Shown piece by piece: positions 23,393 to 35,471 of a DNA stretch of 64,000 nt (its first letter is position 1; each line of letters starts with the position of its first letter). The stretch spans positions 29,114 through 93,113 of the forward strand of contig JAYQLI010000042.1 in the NCBI GenBank assembly GCA_038143065.1, written 5' to 3'. The stretch is from Rhodospirillales bacterium (GTDB taxonomy: Bacteria > Pseudomonadota > Alphaproteobacteria > Bin95). The notes beneath the pieces were generated by a model that searched no databases, had not been told where the DNA came from, and saw only the letters and a program-made list of their open reading frames with translations. The translations under genes were made by a program, and so were the position numbers.

Positions 23393-23775
23393 ATGTCAGA
23401 TAGAATAAAGAAATTTTCAGAGGAACTGGATGAGCTTATCAAAGAAGGTGAGTTCGGCTATGGCAATCGAATACGACTGCGAACCAGAGCAGTTTCGTCG
23501 GGGTTACATCAAGGTATTTGAAGATGATGACGAGAAACCAGAAGCCTTTATAAAGAAGCTTCCCAGTTTCGGCTCAGATTATCAAAAATGGTATTCGAAA
23601 GCTAAAGCACTAGTAAAACAGGTTCTTCCAGATCGACTGGCGGACCTGACGTATCACTACGAATTTCCCAGAGTTCGCAAGGTCACTGATTTTCAGAACT
23701 ATATGATACGCGACTACTCTTAAAGGGTTGATGGTAACACGCTACAGTGGCTCTGAGGTTGTCGCAGACGGCTCT
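23393..23775 (+). pseudogene. Truncated hypothetical protein
   Basis: MSDRIKKFSEELDELIK...YQKWYSKAKALVKQVLPDRLAD..; coding character stops near 23775. Confidence 0.45.
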
Positions 23776-23867
23776 ACCCACGGGGCGCCATCACTTGCGT
23801 GTATTCAAAATTGATTGTATATCTTAAAATGAATTAGGTCTTCTAAAGGGTCGATTTAAGGATAAGT

Positions 23868-25472
23868 ATGTTGAAAAACGTTCCTTTCAGCAGTTTCCTT
23901 AGTATACATCGGCTTTTCCTTCATATTTCACCAAGCTCCACTAGTAAGCTGGCTCAATAGGTTTACTGATTTTTCCACAATCTCGGGTTTGTCTGCCTTA
24001 CTTTTATCGAATTGCTCAGCTTTTTACTCGGGTTTACTCTTAACTCCTTTCTTTATTATTTCCATTAAACTGGGGAAATTGATTGCTGTTATTTTATTGA
24101 TACTGAATGCCACTGCATTGTTTTTGATGACAAGTCTTGGTGTTGTCATGACCAAGGCCGTTATCGCCAGCTCATTTTTTTACCGATTACTCGGAAGCTT
24201 CAGGTTTTCTGAACGGTGACTATATGCTGCATCTGGTTCTTTTGGGCATTTTACCTTCTATCGTGGTTGTTCTGGTGCCCATTGCACCTGTCAAGAGACG
24301 TATCTTGTGCCTCTATCCTATTTTGTCAGTCGCACTCATCTTCACGGCGACAAGTCTAGCCCCAAATTTGACAAGCTGGCTTCAATGCAAATGGAGCTCA
24401 ACTGGCAGTTTGTTATTGCCATGGTCGTATATTGGCAAAACCATAAACTACGTAAGAGATTTGAGAAGTGGATACTATGGTCGGTATTTTGGCGCGTTTG
24501 CTCAATTGCCAAATGGCGTCATCGCCGATGATACGCCGGGGTTGGTTGTCCTGGTTATAGGGGAATCCTCGCGAGGCGCCAGTTACAGCTATTATGGATA
24601 TGAGCGCGCAGTAAACACAGCAACGCAAAACATGGGCTATGTCGCTTTGCCAATTAGCACAGCCTGCGCCACCAGCACTATGATTACAACCGGCTGCATT
24701 CTTTCGCCCCACGGTCGAGACGACTGGGAAAAAGAGCCAGTGGAACCTTTGCCCTCATATTTGCATCGTTTAGGTATAAAGACCTTTGTACGAACCAATA
24801 ATACGGAAATGCCGCGACTGAAGGTTGGAGATTACAAGACGACAGAAGGGCTGGCAGAGATGTGCGAAACGGATTATTGCAAAGCCTATAACGCAAGAAG
24901 CTGTGAGAACCAGCTTTGCCAGGAACGCTATTTTGATAACATGTTACTGGCAAACATGGATCCCATTTTAGACTTGGCGCAGCAAGAAAAAGTTTTGTTG
25001 CTGCATTTGCGCGGGAAGTCATGGCCCAAATTATGCAGACAGATCACCAAAAGAGTTTCGTCCTTTCACGCCAGCATGTGATGATCATAACAAAATGCAG
25101 CCTTGAAACGCTGGCAAATAGCTACGACAATTCGACGGCCTTCACTGATCAAATTTTAGCAAATCTGGCCAAGACAATCGCCCAAAGGCAAAATTTAAAT
25201 GCAGCCGTTCTTTACCTATCAGATCATGGACAGTCCTTGGGAGAAGACGGCCTTTACATGCACGGTTTGCCATCGATGAAGCTCCAATTGAGCAATTGGA
25301 AATTCCGTTTCTGCTCTGGACATCCGAAACGCTCAAAAAGACCTATGACATCTCTCAGGTTGTAAATACGAATGTGGCCGCACAGGATGCCATCTTCCAT
25401 TCGGTCCTTGGCCTATTGAATGTCATAGATGGCCCCTATGACCCGCAGCGCGATATCTTCCAGGTGCGGTAG
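23868..25472 (+). CDS. Phosphoethanolamine transferase (EptA-like membrane sulfatase), frameshifted
   Basis: TM N-terminus, VVLVIGESSR, YDNSTAFTD, YLSDHGQSLGEDGLYMHG. Confidence 0.85.
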
Positions 25473-25492
25473 ACTGTCGTAGCACCTCTGAC

Positions 25493-25535
25493 CTGCCCAA
25501 CCAAACATGGTCGATGGACTTCATGGCCGATCGTT
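25493..25535 (+). mobile_element. Tiny IS3 transposase remnant
   Basis: Encodes LPNQTWSMDFMAD. Confidence 0.4.
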
Positions 25536-26373
25536 TTGTAATCCAGCCAAAAACCTTTGGGGTTGAGCGTGGAATTTTGTAGCCTCTTATTTGACCCGCG
25601 TGCTCACGGCCATCAGCAATGGGCGAGGCAGGGGCAGATGAAGCAAGTGCTGCCGTGGTATTTAGGCAAGGCCAGGTTAAGATTTGGAGAAGGAAATGTA
25701 TAAATCTATTTACCGTATTTTACTGACATCAGGGCTCTAAGTGCCTGCATGCAGCAAGTTGGCTGCAAGTCGGCTGAAGATCTGGGCTCGTAAGTGTCCG
25801 ACCATACCCACAACCCAATGGTGTTTGCCAAATTTTGGGTGGAAAAGCCCTGCAACAGTGGATTATTTGGATCATTTCAGCTATCTTACTGGGCTGTCCT
25901 GACGCGACCTCGGTGCGATTAAGGATCGCAAGACCGAAGGGGCAAAGATTGTGGGCAAGGTTAATAGCTGGACGCTTCTTCAACTGCCAGAACAGCAAAA
26001 CTAATCAGATACTGAGGACTGTCGCCCTGGAAAGTTGGAGCCAATTCGGGTCAGCAAAGCAACATGCGCCCACGTTCTCACGCAAATTCATAGTGGAATA
26101 TCCCCTGCGAGTGGTCCGCGCGTGGGGCAGTTGTTTCAAATGTTTGGAGGATCTGCCCAGGCTTTCCTGATGGCGGCCTTGCCCCGGGGGCGATGCCGCC
26201 TCTCATGACACATGATGTTGACCACCTATGGGTATGACAGCGCCGGCCTGGGCGGGCGCATCTATGCGCAGTGTAATCGCTGAAGCACCAGAGCATCATG
26301 CATTAAGTCATTTGCAACCCAAGGTGATGGGTGATAGAGGTCGACTCTCACAACTGAACCCGACGGAGCGCCT

Positions 26374-27926
26374 GTGACGACACCCAATGAAAATGACATC
26401 ATCGATCTTTCGGATCGGCGGCGGCATCAGCGGCTGCGGTATCGCGCGCGATGCGGCCGGGCGCGCTTGCGTGTTGAGCTTCTGCAGAAATGAACGACTT
26501 GCCGCGGCAACCTCATCGCTTCAACCAAATTGTTTCACGGTGGCCTGCGATATCTTGAATATTGCAGAACTGCGACTGGTGCGCGAGGCGCTGGTGGAGC
26601 GTGAATCCTCGTTCAAACCATGCCTATTTCTTGGCCCATGCGCTTTGTGCTCTATCACAAAGACATGATTTGCGGAGCAACACACCGACGTCAAACTTCT
26701 CCAACGCCCTATGCCCTGGATGAAGGGCGTCCAACTGGCTCATTCGCCTCGGGCTGTTCCTATACGACAGGCTTGGTGGAAGAAAAATATTGCCGCCAAC
26801 ACGGGCGATTGATTTGCGCCATGGTCAGAAGGCGCGCCTTTGAAAGACCGTTTTACAAAAACAGAATATTCTGATTACAGGTCGAGGACAGCCGTTTGTT
26901 GTATTAAATGCCTGCGATGCAGCAGCGCGCGGCGCGCATCACCACCGAACCAAAGTCACGATGGCCCAAGTGGTGGACGGCATTTGGCACGTAGACGCTG
27001 CAAAACCGACATAGCGCCGCGATTGTGCAGGCGCAGGTTTTTGGTCAACGCCGGAGACCCTGGGTTGAAAACCTTAATTTCGCAACACCACCCTGAACAC
27101 CAAGAAGGGTGCGTTTGGTGCCAGGCAGCCATCATAAATCCGACTTTACGATCATGACAAATGCTGTTTTTTCCAAGGAAGATGGTCGGATCATTTTCAC
27201 AATTCCCTGAAACTGATTTCACCTTTGATTGGCACAACGGATATTGATCATCCAGATCTTGTGGAAAAACCGGTCTGTAGCCCCGAAGAGCAAAGACTAT
27301 TTGCAGCTTGCCTCAACCTATCTCAAAAACAGCCGTCACCGCTGAAGACGTGGTGGCCACCTACTCGGAGTGCGACCGCTCTACAACGATGCGGCCAGCT
27401 CCCGCGATTGCAGCCGCCATCGAGACTGGTTATAAAGCTCGACAAAACTGCCGGAGCGCAATGTTAAACGTCTTTGGCGGGGGAGGAAAATTCCGACCTA
27501 CACCAAACTGGCAGAACAGGCCTTGCAGCAGATTTCAGACGACACCCCGCAGATAGGGCAAGCTTGGACCCGCAGGGGATAGTCTGCCCGGCGCAATTTT
27601 CCATGGGCGGGTGGATGATCTCATCCAGCAGCTGATCAAAAAATTCCCTTTTTGACGACGCCTTGGGCGAGAGCGATTAGTCAAAGCCTATGGGAAGGAC
27701 TTTTGATGTCTTGGGCGCAGCCACCGTTTCCACAGACTTGGGGAAGATTTTTGGGCCAGTTTGACGGCGCGCCAGTTGGCTGGTTGATGGACAATGAATT
27801 TCAACAGACCGCCGAAGACGTGATCTGGCACCACCAGTAAGTTAGGCTGGCTCACCGATGCGCAGATTGAGAGGTTGCAGAACTGGATGCAGCGCCGATT
27901 GGGCGCGCGTGGACCTAGCAACCAGT
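26374..27926 (+). CDS. glpD: Glycerol-3-phosphate dehydrogenase, copy 1 (many indels)
   Basis: IGGGISGCGIARDAAGR, LRLVREALVERE, IGTTD, LNVFGG, TAEDVIW. Confidence 0.85.
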
Positions 27927-28049
27927 AAGTTTGCGCGGCCAATCGCAGGGCCGTAAGCCCCTGCAAACATACACTTTTGATTTAATGTGCAAAGCAAGCA
28001 ATTGTTCAACGCAGTATTGAGCACGGCCCTTGTGTTTTGTGGGGTGATA

Positions 28050-28701
28050 TATCATTTTAGATTTACTGATTAAGACTCAACTCATTTCACTGCTCGTGTT
28101 CCTATGCAGCTGGACCTATATCGCTGCCGATCAGGTTGTGGATTTTCTGACGGTTGGCGTGAGCAGCGTTTTTCATTATTTTCTAGCAATGAATTTGAAC
28201 CAAGCGGCGAAACCCTGGTATCGGTTCGATGGGACCGTCTCAATGTTCTGGAGCCGCCTACCAGCCAGGCTCTGAAGTAGCGTAATCAGCGCGTTGGGAT
28301 TGGGAGGTCACGTCATCCGTGCCGCCCACAGGACCTGACACTCAAAGGCGGTGATGATCGAAATTTGTCAGTTTATTTTGTGTTCATGCCGGAGGCCTCA
28401 ATACCAGCGGCAAATGCAAAACTCAGATTTACTTGGCGATGACAGCGCCCGCATATTGATGTATGTTTGGGGGGGCAATCACATGCGCGGAGACATATTG
28501 CCAGCGCCCTATCTAAATGAGCTCGGCAGAATCATTTTGCGACCTGCCAGCACCGGCAGGCGGCGAACGGGTCAACCTAAGAACCGATTTCAACGCGCTT
28601 TGGCACAGACAACACGTCTCGTCGGCATTGCCATTTCAGCCGACAGTGATGACACCGATACACAGATCAGGGCAGGCGTCTCAATCGGATCAAGAACTTA
28701 G
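28050..28701 (+). CDS. DUF3047-like exported protein (approximate start)
   Basis: GGDDRNLSVYF, RILMYVWGG, LVGIAISADSDDT. Confidence 0.6.
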
Positions 28702-28773
28702 CGCGTTGAACCTACCGATCCCACCGCGCCGCGTGCTCGTGCGACATAGGGCAGGCGAGCTCATGGGCGGAGA

Positions 28774-29957
28774 TTAGCCTGGATGATTTTTGTGCCAAAA
28801 ACTCTTTCATGCGCGTCAGCGCACGGGTGATGTTTTCCTGACTATTGGCATAGGAAATACGAATGTACCCTCCCCAGCGTGCCGGAAATCCGGGCTCCCA
28901 CAATCGTGGCCACACCCGTTTGCTCAGCAGCTCGCTGGGCCAACGTTTAGCTTTCCAGCCGGTTTGGAGACATTGGAAAGGCATAAGGCGCCCTTCGGCG
29001 TGATGCAAGAGACCCCGGGGATGTCATTGAGCAGCGTGACCACCGATTTGCGCCGCGCGTCGAACTGCGCCACCATCTCCAACTGCGGTTTGCGGACCAT
29101 CAACGCCTCCAATGCTGCATATTGCGCAGGCGCATTGACGCAAGACCAGGCATTCACCGCCAATTTTCGGGCCATATTGTACGCAATCGATCCGGCCAAA
29201 TCGAATAGCCCACCTGCCACAGCCTGTCATCGCATAGGTTCTTGACCAGCCATTGAGCACAATCAAACGGTCGCGAATTTCGGGGTAGGTCAATAGCTGA
29301 CATGCTGCTCCCCATCATAGAGCATTTGGTCATAAATTTCGTCAGACAGGATCGCCACATCTGGATAATCCGCAAGACCGCCACCAATTTATCGTTTCCG
29401 CCTTCAGGGTGATGCCGCCGCAAGGATTGGCCGGGGAGTTTAGAATGATCAACCGTGTGTTGGGATAATCACTAACAGTTTGTAATGTCTCTCCGCGGAA
29501 AACGCAAAGCCATTCTCCTCTCGGATCGGAATGGCAACGGGAGTTGCTCCGGTATACTCAATCATCGAACGATAGATTGGGAAGCCCGGATCAGGATACC
29601 CAATATATCCCCACCAGCTTCGCCAAACATCAAGATCGCGGTGAACATCGTCACCTTACCCCGGCACGACCAGCACATTGGCCGGGCTGACCTCAGTGTT
29701 ATATCGGCGGTGCAAATCCAGTATGACTGACCGCCAGCGCAGCGGCAAAATTCCAGTCGCATCCGTGTAGCCATGATGCCCATCGCGCAGGAACTTTAAC
29801 CGCCGCTTCAACGATATTTTCAGGCGTCAGGAAATAAGGTTGACCGATCCCAAGGTTGATGACATCCATGCCACCGCGGCCAAACCCCCCGCGCGACCCA
29901 AGACGGCAAACGCATTTTCTTCACCAATTCGAGTCGAAATTTGAAAACTGTCTTCAT
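28774..29957 (-). CDS. PLP-dependent aminotransferase class I/II (aspartate aminotransferase-like)
   Basis: GKVTMFTAILMFGE, LSDEIY, LNGWS.TYAMTG, PKGA, YIRISYANS. Confidence 0.88.
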
Positions 29958-30169
29958 GTTGAACCCTTTGTGCCTCTTGGTGTGATATACGGGCGGACCG
30001 CTTTACCGGCAAGGATGCGATTGCAACGGGTAAAATGTCCAGCTCTAGTGATCTATTTATGCGCAAACGAGCGCAGCTTATGTTTGCAAAATGCCTCTGG
30101 TGCAACGTGCGCAGAGATGGTCGCCCGTGGTTTTCGCCGCAGCCCGAGACCCAAGGCCCGCAAACTCTT

Positions 30170-31612
30170 TCAGGATCCTGCGGCGCTCGGCCAGCGCGGC
30201 GACCAGCACCGGAGGTCAAACCCGAACCACCGGGATAGCCGGCGAAAAACACTGCCCCAAAATTTCCGCCGCAGGCAAACAACCCTGATATGATCGCCGC
30301 CGCCTGTCAGCACCCTGCCCTCCCGCATCCACCTTTAAAACCGCCATAGGTGAATGTGATGCCGCCGTGACCGGATAAGCGTAGAAAGGGGCCTTGATGT
30401 GGTTTGTGCCCAATTTGATTTCGGAGGGTTCAGGCTGACTGTCGCCTTTCCATCAAAACTGTGGGATCAAAACCCGTCGTTTGATCACCCAGCCCGCGTT
30501 ATAGCGCGCTAAGGTTTCATTGCAACCGCCTGATCCACACCGCTCATGCGCGATCAGATCCTCCAGCCGATCTGCTTTGACAAAAATGCGCATCTTGAAA
30601 CGGTACTCATCATAGAGCAAGTCATAGGTTTTGGTTGTCAAAGACCTGCTGCGCAAATTGGCCGGGCTGTTCTAGATCAGCTTGCGCCATATTGCGCATA
30701 GGTGTAATTGCGAAATCGGCGCTCTCTATCCACAAAGCGCGCGCCATGGGCGATTGAGCATGACCCGAGAAAGTAGGAAATCTTGCGATAATTCTTGCGC
30801 TCTCCCGGCGGTAAATCGAGATTGCCAAAATCGGCCATATGCAGATCCATCGGCGTTGCGTGACAGCCCGAGGCGCCTATCACTTGCCGCAAGCTCAGCA
30901 AGAGAAGACCATCGCTGGTATTATGCGGTGTCCCGCGCACCTTAGCCGCCCAATTCTCTCCCATATGCTTGACCCGCAGCGCGCCATTGGCCTCAAAGCC
31001 GCCACAGGCCAGATAACGGCGTCCGCAAGCAGCCGTTTCTTGCCCAATCTGCACGCCACCAGACGCCCCGCGTCAGTGACCAAACCGGTGACCGTAACTG
31101 TTGTACCGGACCGTTCCCCCGGAGCCGCTCAACTGCCGCCAGTTCCATATCAAAAAGCGCCAACACCTTCATTCTCTGCCGCCAGTTAAACCGCCCCAAA
31201 AAGACTTGACGGCCATCTTTTTCGAAACTCTGCGGCTGTAGATGGGTTTCAAATTTCACACCATGCGAGGCCAACCAGCGCAGTGTTCCCGGACTGATAA
31301 AACCAGCGCCTCCTGCTCTTCGACAAAGGCCGCCCATCATTGAACCCCAGCAGGTCATTGGCAAATTTTTCTGTCGTAGCTGCCGAAATCTGCCCTCTTC
31401 ACCCGCGGATCTCTGATGGTTGCGCGGCTGGCGCAATAGATCGTCAGCGCCACCATAGGCAAAAACGCATCGCCCCTGCTGCTGTGTATTTTGTATTGCC
31501 ACCTGACAAGGATTATCAACCTTTTCAATAGTAACACGAGCACCGCTTCAAAGCGGCGAGTTGCACAAAGGCGGCTTTTTCCAGTTCCAACAACGATGAC
31601 AGATTTTGACAT
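30170..31612 (-). CDS. tcuA: FAD-dependent tricarballylate dehydrogenase-like flavoprotein
   Basis: VIVVGTG, LACGGFEAN, VRGTPHNT, GCHATPMD..ERKNYRKISY, GYPGGSGLTSG. Confidence 0.8.
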
Positions 31613-31670
31613 TGGCTTTCCCATTTGATGAAGTATTGTATCCGGTGGATACAATTTAGGCCTCTTTAAA

Positions 31671-32305
31671 ATGACCAAAACAGAATTGCAAGACATGTCC
31701 CAAGGAGAAGCTGCCTATTATCGGCTTTACCAGGCCATACGCTCCGGCGTTCCGCCCCGGCGACAGATTGCGCGAGATTGGAGGTGGCCAAGAGGTTGAA
31801 CCTGTCTCTGCCGTACGTAAAGCCCTGCGCAAGCTCGAAAGCGACGGGATTGTCAGACATCGCCCCCGTTTTAGGAGCCGTGATCCGCACCTTGACCCCC
31901 TCCGAAGTTGTTGAACTTTACGAGTACGGCTTCGTTCTTGAGCACTTACGGCAGCACACGATGGCTGCAAAACATGCCAATGATGCTGGTTCGGCCTGCT
32001 CAATGACATAAATGATCAAATTGCAGCGCTCGGCGATGACACGCAACAGGCTGCGGCCTTAAATCAAGATTTCCACCACCGCGTTTATCGGCGGTCGTAA
32101 CTTCGTTTGGCCTCGGCCCGGGGCTCAACAATGCACTCATACTGCTGGGGCCTACCAACACGGATGATAAACTGCATAAAAACTGCGAGCGCGCAACTTT
32201 GCTCGGATCATGAAGGCGATCGCGGGCGATCAAACAGCAGCTGGCGATGCGGCCGGGGCCCGTTGCAAACCTCTTTGCTACGAGCTCAAGGAGCTGGTGA
32301 AATGA
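31671..32305 (+). CDS. GntR/FCD-family transcriptional regulator (degraded)
   Basis: FRPGDRLRE..EVAKRLNLS, IRTLTPSEVVELYE, NQDFH. Confidence 0.7.
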
Positions 32306-33305
32306 ACGCTGCCGTCTCTATATATGGTCGCGGGTCGGCGTCTTGCGTTCGTGCCATCTGCCGCTACCTTAGCTCTGGGACCAATCTTTTCTTAGCAGTT
32401 ACCGCCTGCTCGCGTCACCAGCCGCGTGGATTAAAGTGATCAATGAGGCTATGCGCAGTATTCTCGGCGTGGCCGTGGGCGCTACATTTCCCTGTCGCTG
32501 CTGGTCTCCCTGGGCGTATTGTGCTGTATGTTGATCCCGGTGATGACCACTTGCATTGGGACTCGTTGGCGTTTTCCCGCTGGCGTCATGGAGTTTGATT
32601 TTTGCCGCAGCTATTGTTCCACCAACCCATTCCGGGATATGTCGTTTGGCGAAGAAGGCGCGAGCGGCAATCTGCGCACCTCCGCGCCAAATCCACGCCG
32701 CGCGGAGTCTTGTCATCGTCAGCGGTACCACGCTTTTCTGACCTGGATTTGGAACACCAGATCTAACCACTTCCCCGGGCGCTCCAGCCGCCAGCATTGC
32801 GCTCTCACGGCTTGGGTGGATGATTTTCTGCAGGCTGGTTGGCGCAGCTGGCAAAACGTGCCTGCGGCATGTTTGAACCTCAAATCATGGAACCTTGCGC
32901 TGGCTACGCTTTCTTGTCCCTTACAGGCGTACTACAACACCGCCCTCCGTCAGAAGCATCTGGGCTGCACAATTTTTATCGGAATGAGCGTCCGGGTTGC
33001 AAATACGCCAGCGTCACCATAGCCGAAATCAGGGCAGGATGTGACGAGTAGCTGGACTTGATTTTATGCGCTGTTACTCACAAAACATCATCGCCGAAGT
33101 GATCCGCCTAGCAGGGTGGCGCCTGGTAAAGCCGTTCTTTGCCTTCGCACCGGGCGGACAAGCGGAATTGACCGTGCTTACGCTCGTGTTGGGCCAGATA
33201 TGGCCTTTGTGGTGGCCCATCATGTCTTGCAGAATATTTATCGTCATTCTGGGTGCGCCGCTCTTGCCCGCCTTTTCCGCGAAAACTGGCGATCAAAAGC
33301 CCTAA
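32302..33305 (+). CDS. AbrB-family membrane protein
   Basis: Hydrophobic; FFAFAPGGQAELTVL, AFVVAHHV.RIFIVILGAP. Confidence 0.65.
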
Positions 33306-33399
33306 GCAAACCCTCTGACTTCTCTCATTTCTAAACAGAAATGAGGGCCACGCCCGCCAGGACACGCGTCACCGGTAGGCTTCTGGATTGATCATGTGA

Positions 33400-34357
33400 C
33401 TAGGTGCGCCTGCCACGGCTGGGTGGTTTGATCAAAAATATCCGAAAGTACATGTCAAACTCATCCTCAGTCACAAAGCCAATATGAGGCGTGGCCAGGC
33501 CGACCCAGGTGTCTAACGAGAGTATATTTCTGCGATCAAGCGGCTCGTGATCGAACACATCCACAGCGGCAGCCCTTCGCAATCTCCACTCAAGCCGCCG
33601 AGACCACGAGGCGGAGCGGCGAACGTGTTCACGAATAAAGCGCGTGGCAGCAGTGCAGGTGCACTCGGCGGTGATCAAACCCGGGTCGCTGAATTCAACC
33701 GAACATGGAAAGCTGACGATATCGGATTATACTGCGCAAAGGCCTCAGGAGACAGCGACGGTTTTCACCCGCGGCGGCGCTGCGTGCGCGCCTGCCTCTG
33801 ATCCCCACACCATTGCACATTGAGCCCCAGCGCTTTGGCATAGCCCGCAACCGCGCCTGCAATGCGCCCTTATCCATAAAGCCCCAATGTTCTGCCAGCG
33901 CGAGGGTCTGCCGACCCCCGTTGCCAGCCTGACCCGCTTGCGATTGAGGTCACTTGTCGCGGGATTTGCCGATACTTCGCCGGCCAAAATCAACGCCAGG
34001 GTGGTGACTCTGCGGCGCGCACAGTGACGCGTATCTGAAAGCGCTATTTGAGCAAAGCAGAATCACCATGGGCCGTTACAGGCCGGCCACATCAACATGC
34101 GGGTAGACACTGCGCTTCGTGGAGATGAGGTTTGAGATTTGGCAGGCCCGCCAACAATAGCTCGACGCCCCAACCTTGGTGCGCTCACGAAGAGGCACCA
34201 AAGCCTCTGCCTCTTGCCAATCGCTTGCGGCCCAGTTTGACGGGATCAGGCTCGCGAGTCCGTCCAGACCGGTAACCTCGTGGTCGGCCAATTTTTGCAA
34301 AGCTCGGTAAGCTGCGCAGGGGGTGTCGAGACCAATCATCAAGAATATGAACCTTCA
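33400..34357 (-). CDS. D-2-hydroxyacid dehydrogenase family protein
   Basis: MKVHILDD, RERT, RSVYPHVDV, AAVDVFDHEP, TPHIGFVTEDE. Confidence 0.8.
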
Positions 34358-34400
34358 TCGCCCCTACTCGCCCCCTTCTGTAAACGCGGTTAATGACCAG

Positions 34401-35471
34401 CTAAATTGAACTTGGAATAAACACCTCTCCCTCCTCCAATTTTTCCGAGCGGTGCGTATGAGACACACCGATTTTATTTCAGAAACCTGTGTCGCCGTAT
34501 CGGCATAATCAACCACCACTTCAATCTTGCCCGAGGCATGTTCCGAAATGGCATTGGCCGGGGTCTCATTTGAGTTGTGCCAGCCGCTGCCCTCTGCAAT
34601 CGTCCCCGGGGGTCCAGCACACAAGACGCGAGGCATTGTGCGCCCGTGACAGCCATGGAAGGATGCGCCACTCCGGAGCATGAAATAGCGGGTCACCAAT
34701 TGTACCTGACAGCAACGAGGGCCAACAGAGCCAAATTTTGGCGTCACCGATTTTGTGACATCCCCCATCCTCAAAGCCCCCGCCTTTTGCCATGAAGCTT
34801 CCATCTGATCAAAAAAAATGCACCGATTTCATCCAGCTCAGCGGCCGTTTCATAGCCGTCAGCCCAAAGCTCTCCCGGCCTTTGCAATCACCATCGACAT
34901 CGCAACATCCCTTGCAAGTCACAGCGATTCCGTCAATCTCATCAATCCGGTTGCCCGTAGGCAAAAAGGCGCCCACGTGCCCCCGACCGTCTCCATGAAT
35001 TAGACAGCAATTGGCGAGGTTCCCGGCACGCCATCAATGCGCGCCCCGCCCTCATAGCTGACCTGTCGCCCAGGCGTTTGAATGACGGCAGCGACGCGCT
35101 GCGTGTTCACTGCCAAAATATTCACCTGTGTCTCGCCCCTCTTGCGCCCTCGACCATTCATCTCAATAGCTGGACCACGCCGGTCAAAATGTTTGCCGCA
35201 GGTGGGTTTGAAATCCCGACCAATTTATCTTCCACGCTCACTTGAGCGAAAAGTAATCCACATCGTTGGATCCTGTGGCGCAGATAACGCTCCTTGCTGA
35301 TGATACCTGCATAATCCCGTCAATGTTCGGCGGATGACCAGAGCCCACAATCGCGATTAACACCCTTTCAGCCAGAAGTCTCGAGATCCTCGGGAAGGTC
35401 AGCGCGGTTCAGATAGGGCCCCGAGAGGTTCCACCACGCATAAGAAGATAAGGGATCGCAGTTTGTGTCAT
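34401..35471 (-). CDS. PrpF/4-oxalomesaconate tautomerase-family isomerase
   Basis: MTQTAIPYLLMRGGTSRG, DGVPGTS, MGDVTKSVTPKFG, HPSMAVTGAQC, IRTARK. Confidence 0.8.

Noticed and set aside
23773-23790. CTACCCACGGGGCGCCA as a tRNA 3'-end att site
   Set aside because: It ends in CCA where a gene is truncated, but has no T-loop and is too short to support.
25540-26370. Possible gene or ncRNA upstream of glpD copy 1
   Set aside because: No recognisable protein motifs or convincing RNA structure.
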